Positions 40,376 to 50,800 of a stretch of 64,000 nucleotides of DNA are shown one piece after another; within the stretch, counting starts at the first letter, position 1; the number at the start of each line of letters is the position of its first letter. The position numbers and the translations under genes are program-made. A model generated the notes under the pieces. The model did no database searches. It was not told where the DNA came from and was given only the letters and a program-made list of their open reading frames with translations. Origin of the DNA: Candidatus Krumholzibacteriia bacterium (GTDB lineage: Bacteria > Krumholzibacteriota > Krumholzibacteriia > LZORAL124-64-63). Location of the stretch: positions 2,002 to 66,001 of the forward strand of contig JANTGJ010000004.1 in assembly GCA_024762975.1 (NCBI GenBank). The letters run 5' to 3'.

Positions 40376-41407
40376 CTAGAAATCCCAGTGCGCGGCGTCG
40401 ATCAACTCGGCGCCGCTTTTGCTTTGGACCGCAAACTGGAAACCGGGCTGGATCGCGTAGGCCCCGGTGCGACCGTGGCGGTCGATGGCGAGATACCCGA
40501 CCTGCAGTTCCCCCGCTTTCGGATTTCGCGCAACGATGCGGCGAACACCTTCCCGGCAGGCTGCCTGCGGCGTCATCCCCTGGCGCATCAACTCGACAAT
40601 CAGGAAGCTGCCGACGGTCTTCATGACTTCCTCGCCCACGCCGGTTGCGCAGGCGCCCCCGACTTCATTGTCCACGAAGAGTGAGGCGCCGATGATCGGG
40701 CTGTCACCCACCCGGCCGTGCATCTTGAAGGCCAGGCCGCTGGTCGTGCAACTGCCCGAGAGATTGCCATTGCGGTCGATCGCCAACATCGAGATCGTGT
40801 CGTGCGCGGGCTGAAGTGACGGATCCGACTGCGGAGCCCATGGTTGATAGTCCGCCTTCTGCAACCACTGTTGCCAGGCTTCGCGCGAGGATTCGGTCAG
40901 CAGATCCTCTTCGGGAAAACCGCTCTCGACGGCAAACCGGCGTGCGCCTTCGCCGACCAGCATCACATGGGGAGTTTCTTCCATCACCTTTCGGGCGACC
41001 GAGATCGGGTGCATGATGTTCTGCAGGAAGGCCACGCTGCCGGCATGGCCCTTTTCGTCCATGATGCACGCATCGAGCGTGACATGACCCTCGCGATCCG
41101 GCAGGCCACCGTAGCCTACGGATCGGATCGAAGGGTCCGCCTCGCAGACTCGCACGCCGGTTTCGACGGCATCCAGCGCCCGTCCACCCCGGGAAAGGAT
41201 CTCGAAAGCCGCAGCGTTGGCGGGGACCCCGTGATTCCAGGTACTGACGACCAGGGGTTTCTCCAGTCCGTCCATTCCGCTGCCGGCGATCCGGAGCGGA
41301 TCCACCGGATTTCCCGATGGCACGAGCCGGCCGGAGGCTCGGCCGGCAGCGGCCATGCCGGTCAGGGCGGCGCCGGCGCCGACCAGGAACTGTCTGCGGG
41401 TACTCAT
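40376..41407 (-). CDS. N4-(beta-N-acetylglucosaminyl)-L-asparaginase / isoaspartyl peptidase family Ntn-hydrolase, Tat-exported
   Basis: Twin-arginine signal MSTRRQFLVGAGAALTGMAAAG. Autoprocessing site HDTISMLAID. GACATGVGEEVM block of the asparaginase_2 family. Confidence 0.85.
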   Translation of the reverse strand: MSTRRQFLVGAGAALTGMAAAGRASGRLVPSGNPVDPLRIAGSGMDGLEKPLVVSTWNHGVPANAAAFEILSRGGRALDAVETGVRVCEADPSIRSVGYGGLPDREGHVTLDACIMDEKGHAGSVAFLQNIMHPISVARKVMEETPHVMLVGEGARRFAVESGFPEEDLLTESSREAWQQWLQKADYQPWAPQSDPSLQPAHDTISMLAIDRNGNLSGSCTTSGLAFKMHGRVGDSPIIGASLFVDNEVGGACATGVGEEVMKTVGSFLIVELMRQGMTPQAACREGVRRIVARNPKAGELQVGYLAIDRHGRTGAYAIQPGFQFAVQSKSGAELIDAAHWDF

Positions 41408-44253
41408 GCGTCATTTCCCTCCAGGGTGAGTTCCACGGTTGCGATCTCGTAGGCCGCCAGGGGGACACGCACTTCATCGCCGCCGCGCGTTACTGCGGCA
41501 TCGGAGCGACCGGTCAGATCCGGCGGCAAGGCCTGTTCGAACAGGTCCACCTTCATCGCCTGTATGGCAGGGAGGCCGACCCTCAGCTTTTCGCAGACCG
41601 ACTCCCCGGAGAGATTCACCATCCGGACGATCAGGCGGGGGCCCGCCTCGTCCGCGGCGCCTACCGGTGCTTCGGCCCGCTGGATCGCGGTGATCGCCAC
41701 GCGCGGATCGCTCTTGGTCAGCAACGATTCTCCTCCCGGCCGCAGCTGGTCGGAAGTACCCTGGTGGGTCAGCGGCGGGACGCGGTAGCGTTCGCTCAGG
41801 CCCTTGATGTCGGCGCTGATGTGGTCTCCGGCGAATGGAGTCACGGCGTACTGGAAGGTGTGCGGGCCGGGGCACTGGGCGTCGGGCGTGTACAGGGTCG
41901 GGCCGGCATTGGTGTTGCGGCGCGTCGGAAAGTCATCGCGCGACAACCAGCCCACGGCTCGCATCAGCGTCAGGCAGTAGGTCACGGCGCCGTCGGCGCC
42001 GCGCCGGGTCTCGAACTCGGGCAGGCCGCGATTCAGGAACGCCAGACCGCCGGCGTCATCCTGCAGCAGCGCGAAATCCTGCTGCGGCCAGGTTGGTGGC
42101 GCGGGCTGATCCCAGTTCTCTCCCGATGGCCGGATCACCGGCCTTCGATCAATCAGGAAGTGTCCGTCCGAATAGACCTCGTCGCTGACGATGCCGGTGG
42201 GGAACTCGACCCGCAGACGATGGTCCGCGACATCGTTGTCGAACTCGGTCTCGACTTCCACGTGCCGGGCTCCGGACTGCAGCTTCACATGAACGCGTAC
42301 GGTGCAAAGGTGTTTGTGTTCGATGCGCCGCTTGCGATCGGAGGAGATGCGGCGCGGAACGTCCATGGCGCAGACGGCCACCGCGTGCGCTCCGAGGCCC
42401 GTGTCCTCTTCGATGCCCACGGTGCCTTCATCCTCGGCGGGCCGGACGGTCATCGTTTCGTCCGCGGGGCTGTAGTCGTACTCGTCCCCGATATCCTCGG
42501 TGCTTTCGAGCTGATTCAGGCGGTTGAACTCACGGCCGGTGGTCTTGTCCCACAGGTCGAAACAGCCGTCGGGATGCAGCGCCACGCGCAGGAACTCGTT
42601 TTCCAGAACCGCGGTGCAGGAGGCCTCATCGACCCGGGCGGTAACGGTTTCGGGCTGGGGCGCCACGGATTGTGCCGCGCTGTCGGTCAGGCGGTAGTGC
42701 TTGTGGCCGAGCGCCGGCAGGTCGCGGGCCAGGAACTGAATCGTCAGGAAGCAGTCCTTGGTTTCCTGATCCTCCTCGGTGCCGAGGATGCGCTCGCCGA
42801 AATTCTCGAGATAGATATCGAGCAGACCCTGCTGTTCGGGATAGAAATTCTCCATCCGGTAGTCGACGCCCCAGAAACGCTCGAGGAAGCGCCGCTCGAC
42901 GATGCGCATCGGCACCTCGATACCGTCCTCGTCGATCAGGCGCAGGTTCTCCAGGTCATAGCCCAGCGGTTGCAGGATGACGATTCGCTCGACGATTTCA
43001 TCGCGGACAATGGGCAGGGGGTTGACCACCGTGACGATTGTTTCGCGATCGCCCGCTTCCCGGCGCGCGAAGGTGGGAGACAGGCGGTCGGTGAGCCGTG
43101 CCAGCAACTGGTGCGAGGTCTGGCGCACGGCAGCGAACCGGGTTTCCATATCGCGATGGACCTCGTCGGTACTGCAGCCGCAGATCGAGTCGTGCGGGTG
43201 GTTGCGCAGCAATTCTTTCCAGGTTTCGTCCAGCAGCGCGCCGGGCCAGGCATCGCCCCAGCGCAGCCAACTCATCGCATGCAATGGCTCGACATAGCGC
43301 TGCAGCAGGTTCTGGCAGATCTCGTTCTCCTGCTTCAGGTACATTCGCGCCGACCAGACTCCTGACAGGATCAGGTGGTCGCGCCCACCGAGCATCTCTC
43401 CGGTCAGGACTTCGCGTTCCTCATCCGGCGTATGGGTGCGTGCGGCGGCCAGGAAGTCCTCGAAACTGCCGTGATGAAATTCGGTCTCGGGGTAGGCTTC
43501 GCGCAGGGCGGCGAGGATACGACCGAATTCCTGTTGGGGAGGAAAGTGGTCGCAGCCGTTGTTCAGCAACGCGGGCTCGGCACCGGGGCGCTGGGCCATT
43601 TTCTCGAAAAGTGCGCCCAGCTTGCCGACGGCCAGGTCGCTATCCACATCGCGGCGCGTGTGAGCATGCCAGATCTCGGCGAAACCCAGACCTCCGGCAT
43701 TGCAATAGCCGTCGCATTGGTTGACGGCCAGAACCTCGGTTCCGTCCGGAGCTGCCCACCGGAACAGCCAGCCCGTTTCGTCGGCCCGGTCATCCATTCC
43801 GCGCGTGAAAACAAAGGAGTCGACCCCGGCCAGGCGCAGGATCTGCGGCATCTGAGCCAGGTGGCCAAAGGAGTCGGGCATGTAGCCGACCGATTGCGTT
43901 TCACCGAAACGGCGCGCAACCTTGCGGCCATGAACCAGGTTGCGGACGGTGGCCTCGCCGCTGACCAGGAATTCATCGGGAAGGATGTACCACGGTCCCA
44001 GGGACAGTTTGCCCGCGCGCACGGCCCGGGCGATGCGAGCCGCATCACGGGGCACCGCCTGCAGGTGGTCCTCCAACAGGGAACACTGGCCGTCCAGGAC
44101 GAAGTGCCGGAAATCCTCGTCGTGTTCCAGCGCATCGAGCACGCGGCCGACGACCTCGATCAGGATGACCCGGAAACGGTGGTAGGGCAGGTACCATTCG
44201 CGGTCCCAGTGTGTGTGCGAAACCAGGAAGGCTTGGCGAGGGGCGTTGGACAA
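41404..44253 (-). CDS. GH38 alpha-mannosidase
   Basis: N-terminal SHTHWDREWYLPY, the size (949 aa), and downstream GH38 central and C-terminal blocks. No signal peptide. Confidence 0.9.
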   Translation of the reverse strand: MSNAPRQAFLVSHTHWDREWYLPYHRFRVILIEVVGRVLDALEHDEDFRHFVLDGQCSLLEDHLQAVPRDAARIARAVRAGKLSLGPWYILPDEFLVSGEATVRNLVHGRKVARRFGETQSVGYMPDSFGHLAQMPQILRLAGVDSFVFTRGMDDRADETGWLFRWAAPDGTEVLAVNQCDGYCNAGGLGFAEIWHAHTRRDVDSDLAVGKLGALFEKMAQRPGAEPALLNNGCDHFPPQQEFGRILAALREAYPETEFHHGSFEDFLAAARTHTPDEEREVLTGEMLGGRDHLILSGVWSARMYLKQENEICQNLLQRYVEPLHAMSWLRWGDAWPGALLDETWKELLRNHPHDSICGCSTDEVHRDMETRFAAVRQTSHQLLARLTDRLSPTFARREAGDRETIVTVVNPLPIVRDEIVERIVILQPLGYDLENLRLIDEDGIEVPMRIVERRFLERFWGVDYRMENFYPEQQGLLDIYLENFGERILGTEEDQETKDCFLTIQFLARDLPALGHKHYRLTDSAAQSVAPQPETVTARVDEASCTAVLENEFLRVALHPDGCFDLWDKTTGREFNRLNQLESTEDIGDEYDYSPADETMTVRPAEDEGTVGIEEDTGLGAHAVAVCAMDVPRRISSDRKRRIEHKHLCTVRVHVKLQSGARHVEVETEFDNDVADHRLRVEFPTGIVSDEVYSDGHFLIDRRPVIRPSGENWDQPAPPTWPQQDFALLQDDAGGLAFLNRGLPEFETRRGADGAVTYCLTLMRAVGWLSRDDFPTRRNTNAGPTLYTPDAQCPGPHTFQYAVTPFAGDHISADIKGLSERYRVPPLTHQGTSDQLRPGGESLLTKSDPRVAITAIQRAEAPVGAADEAGPRLIVRMVNLSGESVCEKLRVGLPAIQAMKVDLFEQALPPDLTGRSDAAVTRGGDEVRVPLAAYEIATVELTLEGNDA

Positions 44254-44290
44254 GGGACTCTCCTTCGAGTCGGATTCGAAACGATACGAT

Positions 44291-45304
44291 TCAGCGCCGT
44301 GCGGCGGCGATCAATTCCTCCACGGTCGTGTCGGCCCTTCCGACACAGGTATCGGCAGCTCCGTAGTAGATGTGGACGTCGGCATCCATCGGAACCGTGC
44401 CGTCCGATTCGGTCTTCGATACGGTCCATCCCGAGGGGAAAACCACATTCGGCACCTGACCGACCATCTCCCAGATTTCGCGCGGTTCGAGGATGTTGTC
44501 CGTGCTGCGCGCAACGATTCGGGCCGGATCTTCCAGGTCCAGCAGTACTACGCCCGCCTGATAGATGTTCACGCTCTGGAAGTGGGTAGCGATGCCGTGG
44601 TAGAGATGTAGCCACCCGGCGGTCGTCCGGATCGGCGGCGGGCCCGAGCCGATCCGTTCGTCCCAGCGGGCCGGACGGCCGGACAGGATGGGACGGCCCT
44701 CATCCCAATGCCTGAGATCATCCGAGAACGAAAGCACGATGCTGTTTCCCGACGCCGGGTTGTCTGCATCACCGGCCACATTCGGTCGATGCAGCATCGA
44801 GTAGCGGCCCGCGATTTTCCCGGGAAAGAGAACCCCGTTGCGGGTGTCCCTGCCGCGCAGGACCGATACCAGCGTCAGTTTCTCCAGGCCGCCGAATCGG
44901 TCGCTCCCGGGTGCGCCTGCTTGCCAGATCGCCAGTCGGCAACCTCGTTCGGTGTCGATGGCCGTGACGACAAATACGTCCGGGCCGATCACGGAAATCC
45001 GCGGATCGTAGATGTGCAGCAACTGGTAGCCTGTCGAGGGGTGAGCGAGTTCCCGTGTGCCGGCAAAGACGGTATTCACCGGGCAGATCCGGATCTCCTG
45101 GTCGCGAATCTCGGCCGGCACGAGCATCGTGTACCGACCGCGGGATTGGACACGCAGCAGCAGGTACCGGGAGTCCTGGTAGGAAAACGCACCGGGATTG
45201 AAGACACTCGTCGCATCAAGCAGCCCGCCGCCGGAGGAGTCGGCAATATCCGGCACGTCGTCGCGGGTGATCAGCGGTCCGCTGCCGTGGCGCCGGCAAA
45301 TCAT
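44291..45304 (-). CDS. GH130 family beta-mannoside phosphorylase/hydrolase
   Basis: GWLHLYHGI...YQAGVVLLDLEDPARIVARS...ILEP...VPNVVFPSG...YYGAADTCVG aligns with conserved GH130 (DUF377) blocks. No signal peptide. Confidence 0.85.
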   Translation of the reverse strand: MICRRHGSGPLITRDDVPDIADSSGGGLLDATSVFNPGAFSYQDSRYLLLRVQSRGRYTMLVPAEIRDQEIRICPVNTVFAGTRELAHPSTGYQLLHIYDPRISVIGPDVFVVTAIDTERGCRLAIWQAGAPGSDRFGGLEKLTLVSVLRGRDTRNGVLFPGKIAGRYSMLHRPNVAGDADNPASGNSIVLSFSDDLRHWDEGRPILSGRPARWDERIGSGPPPIRTTAGWLHLYHGIATHFQSVNIYQAGVVLLDLEDPARIVARSTDNILEPREIWEMVGQVPNVVFPSGWTVSKTESDGTVPMDADVHIYYGAADTCVGRADTTVEELIAAARR

Positions 45305-46428
45305 CGGTTTCCGTCCAGCGGTCGGCGCAGCAGTCGACGTAGCAGCCGACCCTCCTCGTTCACGGTGACCTCGCCGTCCTCGGTCGCCAGGCGCAGCAAG
45401 AATCGGTCGTCACCCGCATGCAGCTCGAGGTGGGCACCCTCGGGCAGTTGACAGCCGCCGGATCGACCGCGCAGCGACGCCAGATCCGGCGCATACCTTC
45501 CATGCTGTTCACGATACTCGCGCTGCAGGTAGTAGAATGACATCAAATCGTTGCCGGCCAGAATCAAGCGGTGCTCGGTACTGGCGTCGAAGCGCGCGGC
45601 GCCGTTGCGACCGGCTTCGGCGACAAACATCACCTCGCCCCAGCGCTCGGGGTAGTGCATGGCGATCAGGCCCTGCGGCGACCATACCCAGTTCTCTTCG
45701 GGCAGCGATTGGCCAGTATGTGGATCCAGCACCTTCTCGGTGCGTTGATCGCGCGTCTCGGTATGCCATTGCACACGGGAAAAATTCAACCGCCAGATAT
45801 CGCCCTCGCCGGGTGGCACGGATCGGCCGGCACATTGCGACAACACTTCCATCGGGAGGGCCATTTCCACGGTCCATCCCTGGTCGATGTCGACGGGATC
45901 ATTCAAGGTGCCGCGCACCTGGACCGCCGTCCGCAATCCCTGGATGTCCCAGGCGTTGATCGCCGGCCCGCCGTCCCGGTAGGGCCTGGCCAGCAGCAGG
46001 TCCCACTCGGTGCCCAGCGCGTTGATCTCCAGTTCGTAGTACAGGTGATGGTCGCCATCGGGATCGATGAAGACCTCGAAATCGTTGTCATGGTAGATCA
46101 CCGAGTCGCGCTCCTCCAAGCGACCCCACACATTGGGATCCTGCAGGTTTGCGGCGACATACAGATTCCGCTCGTCCCAGAGCATCTTGAAGGCCGTTTG
46201 CCATGTCGGAGCGGGTCGCAGATCCCCCTCGATGTCCACGAAGTCCGAACTCCAGGCCACGGACTGCCAGGCGTCGTCGTCGAGCTTCCCGTCGATCACC
46301 GGCGCGGCCTTGGCCCTGCCACATAGGTATTGCTGCGGAGGGGGCGGGCAGATCGGCACCGGGACCGGGAACTCGGCGGCAGCCGGCAGCGCCAAAACGA
46401 GCAGCAGGGGCAGGATGAGCGTGCGCAT
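45301..46428 (-). CDS. secreted carbohydrate-binding family 9 (CBM9/DOMON-like) protein
   Basis: Signal peptide MRTLILPLLLVLALPAAA. AAPVIDGKLDDDAWQSV...WDERNLYVAA...DNDFEVFIDPDGD...YYELEINALGT is typical of CBM9-like domains. Confidence 0.75.
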   Translation of the reverse strand: MRTLILPLLLVLALPAAAEFPVPVPICPPPPQQYLCGRAKAAPVIDGKLDDDAWQSVAWSSDFVDIEGDLRPAPTWQTAFKMLWDERNLYVAANLQDPNVWGRLEERDSVIYHDNDFEVFIDPDGDHHLYYELEINALGTEWDLLLARPYRDGGPAINAWDIQGLRTAVQVRGTLNDPVDIDQGWTVEMALPMEVLSQCAGRSVPPGEGDIWRLNFSRVQWHTETRDQRTEKVLDPHTGQSLPEENWVWSPQGLIAMHYPERWGEVMFVAEAGRNGAARFDASTEHRLILAGNDLMSFYYLQREYREQHGRYAPDLASLRGRSGGCQLPEGAHLELHAGDDRFLLRLATEDGEVTVNEEGRLLRRLLRRPLDGNR

Positions 46429-46573
46429 CGGGATTCCACTTTCCGGGGACCGGGACCAGGACCGCGAGGATGATACCACGATCCGGCCGGTGCGAAAGGC
46501 CGAACCGGTGGTTGCACTGCTGTTGGTTGCGTCCGTCCGGGCGCTGGCCAGGACACCGGGCGGGTCCCGTTGC

Positions 46574-46999
46574 TCAGATCGCCTCGGCAGCCCCTGCCTG
46601 GGAGGCCCGCAATTCGGCAACGCAGGCGACGAGGCGGTCCACGAACTCGGCGGTGGTTTGCGAGCGGACCACCCCCAGGAAGATTTCCATCAGTGCCATG
46701 GCGGTACTGGTGTCCAGATCGGCCGATTTGATGACTTCGAGCAGTCCGAGGCGACCGACGATCGCTGGGCTTGTGTCGGGACCGAAGTTGCCCAGGTAGG
46801 ACAAGTCACGCGGATTGTCGAGATGATCGACCAGCGTTTCACGCGAGCCGGGAAGCGCATCCAGCAGGATCTCGGTATCCACCCGGTCGAGCTGTTGGGC
46901 CACGAAACGAAGAAGTCCTCCCACGGCGCTCTCGGCCTGGATCGGACCGATACCCAATTCGACGGTGGCGCGCTGTAAGAATGCCTGGAAATCAGTCAT
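46574..46999 (-). CDS. DUF2780-like small protein
   Basis: 141 aa, with MTDFQAFLQRATVELGIGPIQAESAVGGLLRFVAQQL resembling DUF2780. Good coding look. Function unknown. Confidence 0.5.
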   Translation of the reverse strand: MTDFQAFLQRATVELGIGPIQAESAVGGLLRFVAQQLDRVDTEILLDALPGSRETLVDHLDNPRDLSYLGNFGPDTSPAIVGRLGLLEVIKSADLDTSTAMALMEIFLGVVRSQTTAEFVDRLVACVAELRASQAGAAEAI

Positions 47000-47094
47000 G
47001 CCGGATCCTTCCGCTGTTAAAATGTTCCGAGCCGCTCCCTCCGGGACGGCCGGTTCCAATGTGTTTCCCTTTGGACCCGCACCGGGGTCAAAAG

Positions 47095-47661
47095 TCACAG
47101 GGGTCGGTCTCGATACCGGAAACAGTTGGTTGTATGGTCGTCGACGAAGCCTGCTGCCTGCAGAAATGCGTAGACGATGGTCGAGCCCACGAAGTTGAAA
47201 TTGCGCTTTTTGAGGTCCTTGCTGATCCTGTCCGAGAGTTCGGTACGGGCCGGCAGTTCGGACATCGAACTCCACTGGTTGCGAATCGGCTCACCGTCGA
47301 CCCAGTTCCAGAAGTAATGGTCCAACGAGCCGAACTCTTCACACAGGGCGATCGATCCGCGGGCATTCCGGATGGCCGATGCGATCTTCAGGCGATTGCG
47401 AACGATGCCGGCATCGCCCAGCAGGCGCTCGACATCGCGGTCGCCATAGCGGGCGATCTTCTCGAAATCGAATTGGTCGAATGCCCGCCGGTAGTTCTCG
47501 CGTTTCTTCAGGATCGTCAGCCAGCTGAGGCCGGCCTGTGCGCCTTCGAGGATGAGCATTTCGAATAGCAGGCGGTCATCGTGAACGGGTACGCCCCAGT
47601 CGTTGTCGTGGTAGGCTCGATAAAGTGGGTCGGATCCACACCATTCGCAGCGTTTGGGCAT
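47095..47661 (-). CDS. tag: DNA-3-methyladenine glycosylase I
   Basis: CEWCGSDPLYRAYHDNDWGVPVHDDRLLFEMLILEGAQAGLSWLTILKKRENYRRAF matches the Tag family with its zinc site. Confidence 0.9.
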   Translation of the reverse strand: MPKRCEWCGSDPLYRAYHDNDWGVPVHDDRLLFEMLILEGAQAGLSWLTILKKRENYRRAFDQFDFEKIARYGDRDVERLLGDAGIVRNRLKIASAIRNARGSIALCEEFGSLDHYFWNWVDGEPIRNQWSSMSELPARTELSDRISKDLKKRNFNFVGSTIVYAFLQAAGFVDDHTTNCFRYRDRPL

Positions 47662-47807
47662 ATCTTGTTCCCTCCAGGGAGTCGATGGGTTCGGATCAGG
47701 ATACACAAGTTTGCCCGGAACGGCAGGGGGGCGGCTTGACAGTCCCACGGTGCTCCCGCACACTTTCGTTTCGATCGCGCATCCCGTCACCCGCAAAGAG
47801 GCAGCCC

Positions 47808-50800
47808 ATGAAACGCAGCACCGCCCTGATTCTGCTCCTGTTCACGCTCTCGGGTGTAAGTGGCCTGATCTATGAGCTCGCCTGGATTCGTCTGTTGAGT
47901 CATCTGCTGGGGGGGACCTCGTTTGCGATCAGTACCGTGCTGGCGGCGTTCATGGGTGGACTGGCGCTCGGCAGCCGCTACTTCGGAGATCGCGCGGATC
48001 GCTGGACGGGATTGCTGCGCACCTATGCCGGTCTGGAGTTCGGTATCGCGGCGCTGGGTGCGCTCGTTTACGGTTTGATCCTGCTGGCGCCTCCGCTCTA
48101 CGCTTCGGTGGCTTCGTCTTTGCCCGCGCCCGCCGTGGCGGTTCTGCGGGTTCTGATCGCTTTGCTGTTGCTGCTGCCCCCGACCTTCCTGATGGGCGGT
48201 ACCTTGCCGATCCTGGCGCGGTTCGTCGTACGGCAGGCCGATCGACTCGGGCGCGGATTGGGCCTGCTGTATGCGGTGAACACCTTTGGAGCGGTCGGCG
48301 GCTGTTTCCTGACGGGCTTCGTTCTGATTCCCGGGATCGGGCTGCAGGGTAGCGTGGCTATCGCTGTGGCTCTCAATATCCTGATCGGTGTTGCGGTGCT
48401 GATCGTGGCGCGTACCGCGCCCGCACCGTCCCCTGCGCCGGAGACCATCGAGGCATCGACCGAGGAATCAGCGCCCGCGAACCAACCAACCTCGACGGAA
48501 GCAACCCTCCGTTTTGGACTGCTGGGCACCATTTTCGCGCTCAGCGGATTCGCCTCGCTCGGCTACGAATTGTACTGGACACGGGGCCTGCAACCGTTCC
48601 TGGGCAACTCGACCTATGCTTTTTCGGCGATGCTCACGACGTTCCTGCTGGGCCTGGCGGCCGGCGGTTGGGTGGGGGGGCGTCTGGCCGACCGCAGCGC
48701 GCGACCGGCGGCACTGCTGGGCTGGGTGCAGATCGGCGCCGGAGCCTCGGCACTGGCCACCGTATTGCTGATCTGGGGCTGGTTGCCGGTCCTGGGCGAG
48801 TCGAACACGCTCAGCCATATCGGTCTGAGCTGGACGAGTTACCTGATGCGGCGCTTTGTCCTGGCGTTCGGCGTGATGGCTGTGCCCACGCTGTTGATCG
48901 GCATGACCTTTCCCCTCGTCAGCCGGATCGGCATTGTCGGATTGGATCGGCTGGGCGGGGGAGTGGGGCGCCTGTATTTCATGAACACGCTGGGCTCGAT
49001 CGCCGGTTCCCTGGTTGCGGGATTCGTGCTGCTGCCGCTGCTCTCGGCACAGGGAGCCCTGGTGGGAACGGCCTTGGTGAACGTGGCTCTGGGCTTGACC
49101 CTGCATGCCCTGATCCGGCGTCCCGGATCGAAGCAGTTACCGGCCGCGGTCGCTGTCGCCGTGGTGTTGGCGGTCTCGGCTCCGCTGGCCGCCGGCTTCG
49201 GTCGCGCGCCGCTTTCCGATACCCAGACCGAGTCCGATCGGGTGCTGTTCGATCGCGAGGACCATGCCGGCCACACGCGGGTCTACCGCAAACCGTCCGG
49301 TGACCTCCACATGAGCGTCGACGGATTCCATATCGGCGGAACCGAGCAGAGCATCATCGGCAAGGAGAAAATCCTGGCGCACCTGCCGCTGGCGCTGCGG
49401 CCCGAGGCGAAGCATACGCTCTCGGTGGGGCTGGGCAGCGGGATCACGCTTGGATCGCTTGCGACCTATTCGCAGCTCGAGATGATCGAATGTGTCGAGA
49501 TCGTGCCCGGAGTGGTCCAGGGGGCCGAGTTCTTCACGGCTGCGAATCGCAACGTGCTGCGGGATCCGCGTGTGAAGATCCACATCGGCGACGGCGTGCA
49601 GTTCCTGCTGACCAGCGGCGATCGCTACGACATCATCAGTTCGGATTCGAAATTGAATCCCGAGTACGCCGGCAATGGGCCATTGCTGGCCCTGGAGTAT
49701 TACGAGCTGTGCCGCGATCGCCTGACGGAGGACGGCGTGATGGTGCAATGGCTGGCCAGTCACCTGCCGATTTCCGAGATGGAAGTCATCGTACGCGGCT
49801 TCGCTACGGCCTTCGACCACGTGGCCGTCTACTGGCTGGCGCCGTCCAACCTGGTGCTCGCCGGCAGTCGGCAGCCGCTGGTGATGGATCTCGATGCGAT
49901 CCGCCGCTATGGCGAGGCGCCGGGCTCGGGTGCGGATCTGCGATCACTGCATCTCGAGGACCCGTATGTGATGGCGTCGCTGTACCTGGCCGACCGCGAC
50001 CGTCTGCTCGAAGTACTGGGTGAGGGCGCATTGAACACCTGGGCGCGTCCGCGAATCGAATTCACGATGCTCAAGGAATTCCGCCGTAAGAGCCCGGTCT
50101 ATCACGGCGCCGACAATCTGCGCTGGATGAAGCGGTTGCGCGATCCTTCGTCGTTAGCGGTACGTGGAGACTACGATCCGGCCGTACTGGCCAAATACCG
50201 TGCTTCTTCCGCAGCCGTGCTGGATGGATACGCGGCCGCGGGCGGGGTCGAACGGGTCGGCCCGGGGCTGGCCATCTGGCAGGCGGCGGCCCAGGCCAAT
50301 CCGGAGGACGGGTTGCTGGCGTCGCTGATCGAGATCGAGATGGGTGCTGCCCGGTCGCGCGAAGAAGCGGTCGTCGGGGTCCCGATGGACGACCCGGCCG
50401 CATTGACCTCGGCAGCAGTTACCAGGATGGACCAGAAGCGTTTCACCGAGGCACTGCGGTTGCTGGACCAGGCCCTGAAGCTGGATGATGGCAGCCGTGC
50501 AATCCGCTTCAATCGCCTGCTGGCCCTGCGCGGCTTGCAGCGCGGCGAGGATCTCGCACGCGAACTGGCCGAGTTTCTCAAACGCTACCCCAAAGATCCG
50601 CGCGGCTACGATATGAGTGGCCGCATCGCGGCGGACGCACGGAAGCTGGACGAAGCCGAGGCTGATTTCCGGGCCGCCGTCGCACGGGAACCGGAGAGTC
50701 CGCAGTATCAGAGCAATCTGGCGGCAACGCTGGTTCAGCTCCAAAAATTCGATGAAGCGGCGGCGTCGTTCGCGGCGGTCGCCGGCATTCAACCCGACTT

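Noticed and set aside
41317-43365. 682-aa plus-strand ORF antisense to the GH38 mannosidase.
   Set aside because: The GH38 reading on the minus strand has family motifs (SHTHWDREWY). The plus-strand product is low-complexity.
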